Assembly (NCBI RefSeq): GCF_004010195.1
Contig: NC_057721.1
Span: 44,719,240 to 44,783,239, forward strand
DNA: 64,000 nt
Reading direction: 5' to 3'
DNA from: Chiloscyllium plagiosum
Taxonomy: Eukaryota
In this document: in pieces, positions 25,096 to 37,349 of the stretch
Numbering within the stretch: position 1 is the stretch's first letter
Layout of the letters: every line of letters starts with the position of its first letter
Program-made: the position numbers and the translations under genes
The notes under the pieces: generated by a model
Seen by the model: the letters and a program-made list of their open reading frames with translations, nothing else
The model's database searches: none
What the model was told of the DNA's origin: nothing

Positions 25096-27257
25096 CCTTT
25101 ATAAATAAATCTATCAGTTTTAATCTATGTATTTTAACACAAAAGGCCTTGTGTTCCTGATCAGGTGTTACATTGGATTTCTTATCCATTTCGGAGGGTA
25201 ATTAAAGTGGTCACTTTGGTGTGTGAGTGTAGTTACCTAATTCAGGTTAGGTTCAGGTGGATCCATTGCCTAAGCCACATCGTTTGGGTTTTTAATGACA
25301 ATCTCACAGCTTCACGGTTACTTGCTGCAATCTCCAGACTTAAAAGTGAAAAGAAAATCAAATTTCTTAAATTGGTTTGCTGGGATTTGAACTCTCATTC
25401 TCTGGAGTAGCCCAGTTTTCTACATTTAAAGTAATGACTTATAGTGTCATTCCCATAATACAAACATTATAAATATAACTTGGAGAGAAAACAGAATACT
25501 ACAGTGATTGAAATTTGCTCTTCAGTTCTGTAGCTGTGTATTTGGTCACTTCTGTGCTTAGAAGAAGGAGCAAATAACTTATAGAAGGCAGCATTTGTTT
25601 TGCTTTTTTTTTACATTGAAGAAAATTATTTTGTTTAATATATATTAAGTATTGGATGTAGGTTTGCTCGCTGAATTGGAAGATTCATTTCCAGACATTT
25701 TGTCACCTTACTAGGTAACATCTTCAGTGGGCCTCAGGCAAAGCACTGCTGAAAATTCCTGATTTCTTTTTATATGTTTGGTTTTCTTTGGGTATGGTGA
25801 TGTCATTTCCTGTTCTTTTTCTCAGGGGGCGGTAGATGTGTTTGTTGATAGAGTTCTGGTTGGAATGCCATGCTTCTAGGAATTCTCGTGCATGTCTTTG
25901 TTTGGCTTGTCCTAGGATGGATGTGTTAGTAGAAGAATCACGCCACTCCATCCACTCTACCCCAGAATTCCTGAAGACCATCAAAGACACTAAGATATGA
26001 GAGGATGAAATAATGGTCTCCTTTGATGTAACAGCCCTGTTTACATCAATCAACATTTACTTGGCTAAGGAAACACTAACTACACTATTAGAAGACCCAA
26101 AGACACATGCAACAATCGCCACTAACTTCATCAACAAGGACAGTATCGTCAAGATAGTGGACCTATGCCTTACCACCCACTTCACCTTCAACAACAAAAC
26201 CGACAGACAAACCAATAGAACACCCATGGGATCTCCAATATCAGGGTTCTTAGCAGAGGCAGTAATGCAGAAACTTGAACAAACAGCTCTGCCCACCATC
26301 CAACCCAAACTGTGGGTCTGCTACATGGATGACACCTTTGTCATCACTAAATGAAACAAATTAGAGGACACCTTCAAGACCATCAATAATACCCTTACTG
26401 GCATAAGATTCATTAAAGAGGAGGAAAACGACAATAAATTGCCATTCCTACATGTCACAGTAGAGTGAACAGCCAATGGGGAACTTCAAACCAGCGTCTA
26501 CAGGAAAACAACACATACAGAACAAATATTGAACTACAGAAGCAATCATCCCAACACCCACAAATGAAGCTGCATCAGAACATTATTTCAACGAGCTACC
26601 ACACACTGCAGCACAAAGGAACTATGCAGAGCAGAGGAAAATCACCTATACCATGTATTCAAAAAGAATGGGTACCCAATGAACACAGTCCGCCTATTTC
26701 TCAGCAACAAACCCAAACAAGCAGACAAAACACATCCAAAAACCCTAGCTACTCTCCCCTACATCAAAGACATTTCGGAAATGACTGCCAGACTACTCAG
26801 ACCCCTTGGCATCATGGTAGCCCACAAACCCACCAACACACTAAAACCGCAGCTAATGAACTTGAAAGACACTATACAGACAACAAGCAAAACTAATGTC
26901 ATTTACAAAATACCGTGCGAGGACAGTAACAAACACTACATTGGACAAACAGGCAGAAAACTAGCCACAAGGATACATGAACACCAACTGGCCACAAAAA
27001 GACATGACCCTCTCTCACTAGTATCCTTACATACAGATGAGGAAGGACACCACTTCGACTGGGACAATACATCCATCCTAGGACAAGCCAAACAAAGACA
27101 CGCATGAGAATTTCTAGAAGCATGGCATTCCAACCGGAACTCTATTAACAAACACATCGAGTTAGATCCCATCTACCACCCCCTGAGAAAAGGAACAGGA
27201 AATGACTTCACCACAGGAAATGACATCACCAACCTAAAGAAACCTAAACAAATAAAT

Positions 27258-28533
27258 TCTCGGCTTTGTGCATGGGAAATCATGTCTTAACTTGATTGAA
27301 TTTTTTGAGGAAGTAACACAGAGGATTGATAAGGGCAGAGCAGTAGATGTGATCTATATGGACTTCAGTTAGGTGTTCGACAAGGTTCCCCATGGGAGAC
27401 TGGTTATGAAGGTTGAATCTCACAGAATACAGGGAGAACTAGCCATTTGAATGCAGAACTAGATCAAAGGTAGAAGACAAAGGGTGGTGGTGGAGGGTTG
27501 TTTTTCAGACTGGAGGCCTGTGACCAGTGGAGGGCCACCAGGATCGGTGCTGGGTCCTCTACTTTTTGTTATTTACATCAATGATTTGGATGCGAGCATA
27601 AGAGGTACAGTTAGTAAGTTTACAAGTGACACCGAAATTGGAGGTGAAGTGGACAGCGAAGAGGGTAACCTTAGATTACAACAGGATCTTGACCAGATGG
27701 GCCAATGGGCTGAGAAGTGGCAAATGGAGTTTAATTCAGATAAATACGAGGTTGCGTTTTGGGAAAGCAAATCTTAGCAGGACTAATACACTTAATGGTA
27801 AGGTCCTAGGGAGTGGCGCTGAATAAAGAGACCTTGGAGTGCAAGTTCATAGCTCCTTGAAAGTGGAGTCGCAGGTAGATAGGAAACTGAAGAAGGCGTT
27901 TTGTATGCTTTCCTTTATTGGTCAGAGTATTGAGTACAGGACTTGGGAGGTCATGATGCGGCTGTACAGGACATTGGTTAGACTACTGTTGGAATATTGC
28001 ATGCAATTCTGGTCTCCTTCCTATTGGAAGGATGTTGCGAAACTTGAAAGGGTTCAGAAAAGATTTACAAGGACGTTGCCAGGGTTGGAGGATTTCAGCT
28101 ACAGGGAGAGGCTGAAAAGGCTGGGGCTGTTTTCCCTGGAGCGTCGGAGGCTGAGGGGTGACCTTTTGGAGGTTTACAAAATTATGAGGAGCATGGATAG
28201 GATAAATAGGCAAAGTCTTTTCCCTGGGGTCGGGGAGTCCAGAACTAGAGGGCATAGGTTTAGGGTGAGAGGGGAAAGATATAAAAGAGACCTAAGGGGC
28301 AACTTTTTCACGCAGAGGGTGATACGTGTATGGAATGAGCTGCCAGAGGAAGTGGTGGAGGTTGGTACAATTGCAACATTTAAGAGGCATTTGGATGGGT
28401 ATATGAATAGGAAGGGTGTGGAGGGATATGGGCCGGATGCTGGCAGGTGGGACCAGATTGGGTTGGCATATCTGGTCGGCATTGACGGGTTGGACCGAAG
28501 GGTCTGTTTCCGTTCTGTATGTCTCTATGACTG
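27258..28533 (+). mobile_element. Relatively young 5'-truncated CR1 (HER1-like) LINE inserted in the PLE 3' UTR
   Basis: RT motifs PVTSG.P.GSVLGPLLFVIYINDLD, LEYCMQFWSP, GLFSLERRRLRGDL. Short direct repeat TAAAT at 27253-27257 and 28534-28538. PLE sequence resumes afterwards. Confidence 0.9.
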
Positions 28534-28584
28534 TAAATAGAAAGCAGGAGTTTTCAGCAGTGCTTCGCCTGAGGCCCACTGAAG

Positions 28585-28903
28585 ATTAGATTAGATTACA
28601 TTACAGTGTGGGAACAGGCCCTTCGGCCCAACAAGTCCACACCCACCCGCCGAAGCGAAACCCACCAACACCCCTACATTTACCCCTTTTTAACCTAACA
28701 CTACGGGGAAATTTAGCATGGCCAATTCACCTGACCTGCACATCTTTGGACTGTGGGAGGAAACCGGAGCACCCGGAGGAAACCCACGCAGACACGGGGA
28801 GAATGTGCAAACTCCACACAGTCAGTCGCCTGAGTCGGGAATTGGACCCGGGTCTCTGGCGCTGTGAGGCAGCAGTGCTAACCACTGTGCCACCGTGCCA
28901 CCC
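28585..28903 (-). mobile_element. HE1-like V-SINE inserted in the PLE hammerhead core
   Basis: Full SINE on the minus strand with an (ATTAG)n tail. GAAGAT is duplicated at 28581-28586 and 28914-28919. Confidence 0.9.
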
Positions 28904-29073
28904 CCTAATAGGAGAAGATGTTACCTAATAGGGTGATGAAACGTCTGGAAATGAACCTTCCAGCTCAGTGAGCAAACATACATCTAAAACCTCAACCTGC
29001 GCTACAAATCTTCTCAAAACTTGCTAATATATTAAGTATAACATAACTTTGGTAACTGCTATTCTTTTCCCAG

Positions 29074-29200
29074 GGATCTCCATTCACTGTAACAGTCGCA
29101 AGTAAATTCCATAAGCACACTGGTATATTTCATTGCTGCACATTCTGTTCTAGTGGTGGACAAAAGGATGTCCGTTGTGGTTGCAGAGGCACAATGCCTG
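29074..29200 (+). CDS. TRIM45: TRIM45 coding exon 5 (end of filamin repeat, start of Cys/His-rich tail)
   Basis: TTTTCCCAG|GGA...CCTG|GTGAGT, 127 nt, phase 0 to 1. Encodes GSPFTVTVASKFHKHTGIFHCCTFCSSGGQKDVRCGCRGTMP. This frame is not in the ORF track. Confidence 0.94.
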
Positions 29201-29844
29201 GTGAGTTTAATAGAAAATCTCACTTGTAATTGTTCCATTGCAGATAGCCAGACATTGAATGATAAGACTGGGGCGAAATCCATTCAAAAGATCATTTACA
29301 GAGATAAACAATACAAACATGAACCCCTCAATTCTACAGCTATAGTTTCATATGCTTTATATTCTGAGAGGTGCGAGTGAAACACTATTTTAATGTTAAT
29401 CTTCTGAATGCAATGAAGCCTCAATTTTAATACACAATTAATAATAGACTCACGCCTCAGAATATGTATTTTAGTATGGATTGCATTATAATTTACATTT
29501 GCTGATTCTTTAATACATTGTTGATATACTTTATAAGTGAGTAACACAACTCACTGATCTTTTTTTTAAATTTCTTACTGTGTTGTAAATAAAAGTGATT
29601 TGACAGTCCATATAAATAATGTTTCAAAATAGAAAAAAATGAAACAGCACAAATAATATTGGCAAAGAATAGCTTTTTAAATTAATCCTCCCTAATTTAT
29701 TTTCTTAAAGTGTAAAAAATCATCTATGCAAATGGGAGGTTTTTTTTGTAGATTCTGAAGCTATACATGATTGTTTTGAAGTAATTAAATGTGAACAGAG
29801 AGGAAAAGGTGACTTATTCATGTATGCTGTTCCATCCAGCTCAT

Positions 29845-30715
29845 GAAAGAACAAAGAACACTACAGCACAGAAGTAGGCTCTTTGGCACTCCAAGTCTGC
29901 GCTCATACATTTTGTCCTTCCATACTAAAACTGTCTTCACTTACAGAATCCGTTTCCCTCTATTCCCTTCCTATTCATGTATTCATTCAGGTGCTGTTTG
30001 AATGCTGCTATTGTGTTTGCATCCACCACCACCTCTGACAGTACATTCCAGCCACTCACCACTCTTTGTGTGAAGAACTTGCCTCACATCTTTTTTTTTT
30101 AAACTTCCCCCAACACCTTGAATCTGTGTCCCGTAGTAATTGTCCCCTTCATCTTGGGAAGAAAACCTCATACTTTCCACTCTTTCTGTGCCATTCACAA
30201 TCTTATAAACTTCTATCAGGTCGCCCTTCAACTTCCTGGGTTCCAGTGAAAACAAACCCAGTCGATCCAACCTTTCTTCATAGCAAAATCCCCCATAACA
30301 GGCCAAATCCTGGTAAACCTTTTCTGTACCTTCAAAACATCCAAATCCTTCTGGTAGTGTGGTGATCAGAACTTTACAATATTCCAGATGTGGCCTAACC
30401 TGTCTATCCTTCTACTCAATGCCTCTTGCACTAAAGGCAAGCATGCCATAGCCCTGTTCTACTGCCTTATCTACCTGCATTGCCACCTTCAGTGATCTGT
30501 GGAACTACACACCCAGATCCCTCGGCATATCAATACTGCTAAGGGTTTTGCCATTCACTGTATAATTTTCACTGGTATTTGTCCTTCCAAAATGCATCGC
30601 CTCACATTTGTCCGGATTAAACTTCATCTGCCATTTTTCTACTTTTGCCTCCAACTAATCTATATCTGGCAGTATCCTCTGACAGTGTTCCTCACTATCC
30701 ACAATCCCACCAATC
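29845..30715 (-). mobile_element. CR1 LINE 3' fragment
   Basis: Minus-strand ORF YEERLDRLGLFSLEPRKLKGDLIEVYKI. Confidence 0.8.
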
Positions 30716-30903
30716 TCAACAACTTATTGAGAAAATACAATTCAGAGATTAGGGTTGAACATAAACCCTTGCCTTTTTATAGAAAGTAGAAATGTAGTTA
30801 GTGTGATGAAGGGCATTGTTTCTGACATGACACTGCATAAAATTTACAGGGATTGTTGAATCTACAGTATTATGAAACTTTGTTCTTTGTATTCAATTGG
30901 CAG

Positions 30904-31052
30904 GTGGGTACCAAGGCTGTGGACATGGGCATAAAGGACACCCGGGTCAGCCACACTGGTCCTGTTGTGGAAAGTTGACTGAACATTCAGAATGCCCTGG
31001 AACAATAAATAGCAATTCTCACCAGAGTCTGGTTAGAACTATTGCTTTGTAA
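30904..31052 (+). CDS. TRIM45: TRIM45 last coding exon
   Basis: TTGGCAG|GT, phase 1. Encodes GGYQGCGHGHKGHPGQPHWSCCGKLTEHSECPGTINSNSHQSLVRTIAL-stop (TAA 31050-31052), matching the recalled TRIM45 C-terminus. Exon sum 440+737+130+115+127+149 = 1698 nt. Confidence 0.95.
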
Positions 31053-31339
31053 AACAAAACCAAGACATGAAAACCACAAACCTAACATTGACCTTTGAAA
31101 ATTTTGCAGTGAAGTAATGACTGTTCAGCCAATCTAGAAAACTTTGTGATCTTCAGGTATGCTCAAAGCTCAGCCAGTTTAATGCCTGCTATAGTTTTTC
31201 ATGTAAGATGAGAACAGACATAGAAATGTTCTGATCTAACTATTGTTAATTACTTTTGGGGTCTTGTCAAAAGGACTAATTTATCCGTAATAATTCCAAG
31301 AGAAGTAACTTAAACATTCACTGAACCAACACCTTTTCA

Positions 31340-31672
31340 AATAAAAAGATCTGCAATTTAGGAATAACAAAGAAGTTACTGTAATTTTGTTGCAGATTTC
31401 ACAAATGAATACTCTACAGCACAGAGTGTAATAAAGGATCTAGTTTTTTTAATGAATTACCTTGTACTAGAAGCAATGCATTATTATGTTATAATACACA
31501 GAAATCATTTCAAAATACTAGAGATGTAATCAAAATACCGCAGCCTGAGCAACATTAATGGAAACTGCCATTTGGAATACTGTGATATACTTTGATGACA
31601 AACAATGGATTCAATTTAATTTGGTTCATTCAGACTTTTTTCTGACTAAATGGTACATGTTTTTGAAATAAA
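31340..31672 (+). terminator. Candidate TRIM45 polyadenylation signals
   Basis: AATAAA at 31340-31345, 31430-31435 and 31667-31672 in AT-rich, repeat-free 3' UTR sequence. Which one is used is unknown. Confidence 0.4.
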
Positions 31673-34600
31673 GATCTGGGTAAGGAGATATTGCATGTGC
31701 TATTTGTAGAAATGTAACCAATTAAATAACACAGTAATTTTGTATGTGCATTAAGTTTAGATTTGTCCAAAGTATACACATTTTGCATGCATACTCTATA
31801 TTAACATGGATTCATACTGAATGGAAGTGTAGCTCATACTCAAAGCAAAGATTAACTTTAGTGATCTCAATACTCTAGTCACAATTAAAATTAAATCAAT
31901 TTTATAAATTTCAAATAATGTCAACCATATAATGTACATTTTAACACCAGCTTTGTGCCAATTTGAAATACTTAAAGTTTATTTCAACCATTGTATTATA
32001 AACAGTGCATTTTAGGATGGGGTTCGCAGCTACTGTGTCCAGAAAGCAATTGAGACACTTAAATAACCTCTCAAGGCCTCATAAGATCATTATTGATATT
32101 CAGCTAGCAGTGAGTGGAGGAACTTGCCATAAGTGCATGTAGAGGGAACCAGCATCAGGAAGCAAAGGGAGGGGTCTGTGGTGGTATGAAGCTCTCCCTT
32201 CCCTCAACTAACTGTAATACCAGCAGTAGCTGCCACTATTGGTGGCATTGCCATTACTGCTACCAATATTGCGAGCTGCTGGCCTCTGGCTGACAACCCT
32301 TGGGCAAAGTGGGGAGTGGGTGAGGGAAGATACCCAAGATGTGGTAGTGCAGCAAATAAATGATGCTGGGGGAGGTACAGGTTTTCAAAAAAGGATACTT
32401 GCTGTCGAATAGGAACTTCATCATGATTGCTAGAGATGGGCAAGTGTGGGTGATGGACGACCCACATGAAATTCCATCAGTAGTGTGTGAGATGTTACTT
32501 TATTGTCTACCTTTTATACTCACCACTTAGATTAACACAACATGCTACTTATGGTAGCCTTTATATTGGCTCTGCTTAATCTACACAGTGTTTTGATCAT
32601 TCAAACTTATGGACCAATACAAACAAATGGCCTGACGGCTGAAGCAATTTAATGTGCCACGTTGAAGTGCTAGATTTTTTTAAATCCATCAGGATTTTCT
32701 TTATTTACTTTATTGTGATTTAGTTTTTTTTAAACTTGTACATCAGACTTTTAAAAGCTTGAATTTTAATTTATATGTAATGCACAAATTCAATGTTTAA
32801 CCCATTTAATAAAACTAATTTCAATGTATTAAGCTTTATCCGTTTGATTTCTGGACTGTGCTTGCATCCGGCATACATAGATTGATATTTTTATACTTAT
32901 AATGTAACAGCAAGTGTTCACAAGAAACACCCAAACTACAATAACCATGTATGGAAAGGACTTGAGTTTGACCGATGACAACAGCTGCCCAAATGCTTCA
33001 GATTATGAGACCAGACTGCTGTTATTGAGATGGGGGAACAGTCTATTTAATTTTTTTTGATCCTTGGAGCAGCACATTCTGGAACTGATGAGAAAACAGA
33101 TTACATCAACATTGTTACTGTGTGTGATATAACAAAATTAATTAATGACCTTAGAATAAAGGCACCTCGAGGTAATAATGAGCACAATATGATTTGAATG
33201 TTACATTCAACTTGAATGGGAAACAATGTGTCTAAGACTAGTATTTTAAACCTAAATAAAGACATGAGAGCTGAGTTAGCTGAAGTAAACTGGCATACTA
33301 GGCCAGGGGATGATCAATCGAAAAGCAGCAACAAGCATTTAAGGCGATATTTCAGAATATGTAACTATAAAGAAACATAATCAAATGATTCCCACCAACC
33401 ATGGCTGATTGAAGATGTTAGGGGAATCAACAAACTTAAGGAAAAGGCATATAACTGCAAAGTTGAGTGAAAGATCAGATTACTTGTCAGAATATAAAAA
33501 TGTCTGTGCATGAAGAAAAGGTTAATAAAGAGGAAGAAATTACAGTATGAGACAAAGTTTACAAAAGAATGCATTGCAGGAATTTCTATAGGTATTTAAA
33601 AGAGGAACGAGTCAATAAAGAGTGTTTGTTCTCAAGAATGAGGATAGGGAGTTAATAGTAGATAATAAAATGAAATGAATAAATATATATTTCTTTCTTC
33701 CTACAGAGGATAGAGAAAGTAATTCCAGTTTAGCTTAAATCATGAGGTGAAAAGGAGAAAAGAACTTTGTGAAATTGCAGTCTCAAGGGAAATGGTAATA
33801 AGCAAACTAATGAAATTGTGGGCTGACAAGTCTCCAGGTTCAGATGGACTTCATTCTAGGATATTAAGAGATGTTGCTAATAAGGTCATAGACACCATAA
33901 GACCACAGGACCATAAGTTATAGAAGCAGTCTTCTCCGTTATTTGATTATGGCTGATATATTTCTCAACCCCTGTCTTCTGCCTTCTCCCCATAACCTTC
34001 AATCCTCTCACTAATCAAGAACCTGTCTTAAGTGCACTCAATGACTTTGCCTCCACACCCTTCTGCAACAATGAGTTCCACAGACTAACTACCTCAGGCT
34101 AAAGAAATTCCTTCTCGCCTCAGTTGTAAAGGGTCATCCCTTCACTCTTAAGGCTGTGGCCTCAGGTTCTGGTCTTTCTTACTCCTGGAAACATTTTCTC
34201 AATGTCCACTCTATCCAGGCTTCTCTGCATTCAGTAAGTTTCAATGAGATTCCTCCCCAATGCTCTAAACCCCATCGAGTACAGAAGCAAAGTCCTCAGT
34301 TCTCATATGACAACCCCTTCAACCCACGATCATTCTTGTAAACCTATTCTGGACACCCTACGATACCAGCACATCCATTCTTCGAGATGGGGCCCGAAAC
34401 TGCTCTCAATATTTTAAATGCAGTCTGCCTTAGCAGGACATTTCTGCTGTCATGTTCTAGCCCTCTTGAAATGAATGCTAACATTGCATTTGCCTTTATA
34501 ACTGACAACTAAACCTGCATGTTAGCATTAATAGAATCCTGAACTTAGACTCCTAAGTCCCTTTGAACGTCTGATTTCTGAAGTCTTTCCCAGTTTAGAA

Positions 34601-35379
34601 AATAGCCGACCCCTCTATTCTTCCCACCAAAGTGCATAACCTCACACTTCCACATTGTATTCCAACTGCCAATTCTTTGTCCACTCTCTTTGCCTGTCCA
34701 AGGCCTTTTCCAGCCTTCTTGCTTCCTCAACACTATCTATCCCTACACCTATGTTTGTGTAATCTGCAAATTTAGCAACAATACCCTCAATTTCATCCAG
34801 ATCTTTAATGTGGTCCCAATGTGCAGAACTCCGCTATCCACTGCCTGCCATTCCAAAAAATATCCCTTTGTCCCTACTCTCTGCCTTATGTCAGTCAGCC
34901 AATCTTCTATCCATGGCAGTATTTTGCCCCTAATACTATGGGCTCTTATCTAGCTGGCAAAAGTGAGGACTGCAGATGCTGGAAATCAGAGTCTAGATTA
35001 GACTGCTCCTCGGATGCTGCCTGACTGGCTGTGCTTTTCCAGTACCACTCTAATTTAGACTCCTATCTAGCAGTCTCCTGTGTGGTCTTCTGGTAATCCA
35101 ATCCACGTCCATATGTAGATCTACTGATTAATTTTCCAAAAGTCCCTTTATTCAGAAAAGATTCCATCAGACTGGAAAGTTGCAAATATAACCCTTTAAA
35201 AAGGGAGAAAGGCAGGAAACTAAAGGCCTTATCTGTCATGGAGAAGATGTTAGAATTGATCATTGAAGAGATTATAGCTGCCCACTTAAATATAGTTTCC
35301 TGAAAGAGAATGGTGTTTAACCATTTATTGGAGTTATTTGAAGGAGTAATATGTCCTGTGGGTAAGGGGGAACCTTTGT

Positions 35380-35697
35380 GGGCGGCACGGTGGCACAGTG
35401 GTTAGCACTGCTGCCTCACAGCGCCAGAGACCCGGGTTCAATATCCGCCTCAGACGACTGACTGTGTGGAGTTTGTACGTTCTCCCCGTGTCTGCGTGGG
35501 TTTCCTCCGGGTGCTCCGGTTTCCTCCCACGGTCCAAAGATGTGCAGGGTCAGGTGAATTGGCCATGCTAAATTGCCCGTAGTGTTAGGTAAGGGATAAA
35601 TGTAGGGATATGGGTGGGTTGCGCTTCGGCGGGGCGGTGTGGACTTGTTGGGCCGAAGGGCCTGTTTCCACACTCTAAGTAATCTAATCTAATCTAA
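35380..35697 (+). mobile_element. HE1-like V-SINE, full length, CpG-rich (young)
   Basis: GGGCGGCACGGTGGCACAGTGGTTAGC head, V core, (TAATC)n tail. Confidence 0.92.
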
Positions 35698-35911
35698 TTT
35701 AGGTGTACTTGGAGTTCCAATAGGCACTTAATAAGGTACCACATCAAAGGTCTTTTTAAAAACATCAGGGCTGATTGTTTGGCATAACAAACTAACAGGG
35801 TTATGAGATTGGCTGGTACAGCACATATCAAGAAGCCTCATGGCACACTACCCTTTATTATGACAGAAACTGAACATAAACTAAGGAAGTTAATTAGATT
35901 TTTTTTTATTA

Positions 35912-36228
35912 ATTAGATTACTTACAGGGTGGAAACAGGCCCTTCGGCCCAACAAGTCCACACTGACCTGCCGAAGCGCAACCCACCCATACCCCTACCC
36001 CTACATTTACCCCTTTAACCTAACACTATGGGCAATTTAGCGTGGCCAATTCACCTGACCCTGCACATCTTTGGACTGTGGGAGGAAACCGGAGCACCCG
36101 GAGGAAACCCACGCAGACACGGGGAGAATGTGCAAACTCCACACAGTCAGTCGCCTGAGTCGGGAATTGAACCCGGGTCTCTGGCGCTGTGAGGCAGCAG
36201 TGCTAACCACTGTGCCACCGTGCCGCCC
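35912..36228 (-). mobile_element. HE1-like V-SINE, full length, young
   Basis: Reverse complement of the 35380 copy. Confidence 0.92.
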
Positions 36229-37349
36229 ATTACTTCAGTTGTACTTCAGTTATACAGAGGATTGGTGGGACCTCTTGGATACTGTGTGCAGCTTTGTTCT
36301 CCTCATTTAAGGAAGGATGTAAATGCATTTGAGGTAGTTCAGAGAAGGTTTACTGGATTGTTACCTAGAATGAGTGTGTTATCTTATCAAGCATGATTCT
36401 ACTGAAGTTCAGAAGTGTGTCGAATGATTATTTGAAGTGTATAAGATCCTAACTGGTCTTGACAATATGGACATGGAGAGAATGTTTCCTTTTGTAAGTC
36501 AGTCCAGAATTAGGGGGCACTATTTTAAAAATTGGAGTTACCATTTTATGACTTTTCGAGATTAGGAGATTTTTGTTTTCTCTCAGAGCATTGTGTGACT
36601 TTACATCTGTCTACTTCACAAGGCAGTCAAGGAGGAGTTATTGAATATTTGTAAATCAGAAACAGACAGATTCTTGTTGGGTAAGGGGATCAAATGGTAT
36701 CAGGGTAGATGGTAATGTTGCATTTGAAACATAAACATATTAACCATGATCTTATCAAATAGCAGGCCACGCTCATGGGACTGAGTAGTCTATTTCTGCT
36801 CCTGTTTTTTTGTGTGTCTTAACATTGACTGTTATATCCAATTACCTCCATATTTTTAAAGGATTTCATTTACTTAGAACTTAATAAAAGAAGTTTAGAC
36901 ACATAACAATCATGATTACAACTTAAACTTTTCACTGTACAAAACTTGGTCAAACACAATCAATGTCTTTGAACATGTTGGAAGAGAAATAAGTGCAATT
37001 TACCCTGCTTTTTCTTTGTGTAAGTTTAATCTTAATACACGTTGGTGCCCTGAGCCTGATTCTAAACCCATTGAACCACACGTTGTGCCCAGATGCACTC
37101 ACCACTGCTGGGATCTCCCTGAAGAGGTGCCATCTTTAAAACAATGCTGTGTATCTGGACAAGCACTCTTTGACTGGACGTACCCCACATATTTGCTGAC
37201 ATTTTTTCCAAACATATATGGCAAGAAAGAGTTGGCAGGGACCTGGATTTTCTGCTGATCAAGGTGGTGCAGAGGGTCATATCCTCATCCCCCTGGACCA
37301 GCAGTGGAAGCCTCAACACCAGACAATGGCAGCAATATTGGAAGAAAGA

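Larger units (their letters stand above)
25653..29026 (+). mobile_element. Penelope-like element with RT and GIY-YIG endonuclease (stops and frameshifts), an inverted 3'-end copy at its 5' side (25653-~25927), and nested CR1 and SINE insertions
   Basis: RT motifs MVSFDVTALFTSI, PMGSPISGFLAEAVM and YMDDTF. GIY-YIG NVIYKIPCEDSNKHYIGQTGRKLATRIHEH. 13-bp TSD ATATATTAAGTAT at 25640-25652 and 29027-29039. Confidence 0.9.
33180..36800 (+). mobile_element. Old CR1 ORF2 remnant broken up by a minus-strand CR1 (~33890-34950), a PLE tail (~34954-35060) and two SINEs
   Basis: Collinear degenerate motifs (ADKSPGSDGLHSRIL at ~33820, LEVVQRRFTGLLP at ~36330) separated by younger inserts. Confidence 0.6.

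Noticed and set aside
35380-35460. tRNA-like sequence with A and B boxes
   Set aside because: It is the head of a SINE continuing into the V core and tail, not a tRNA gene.
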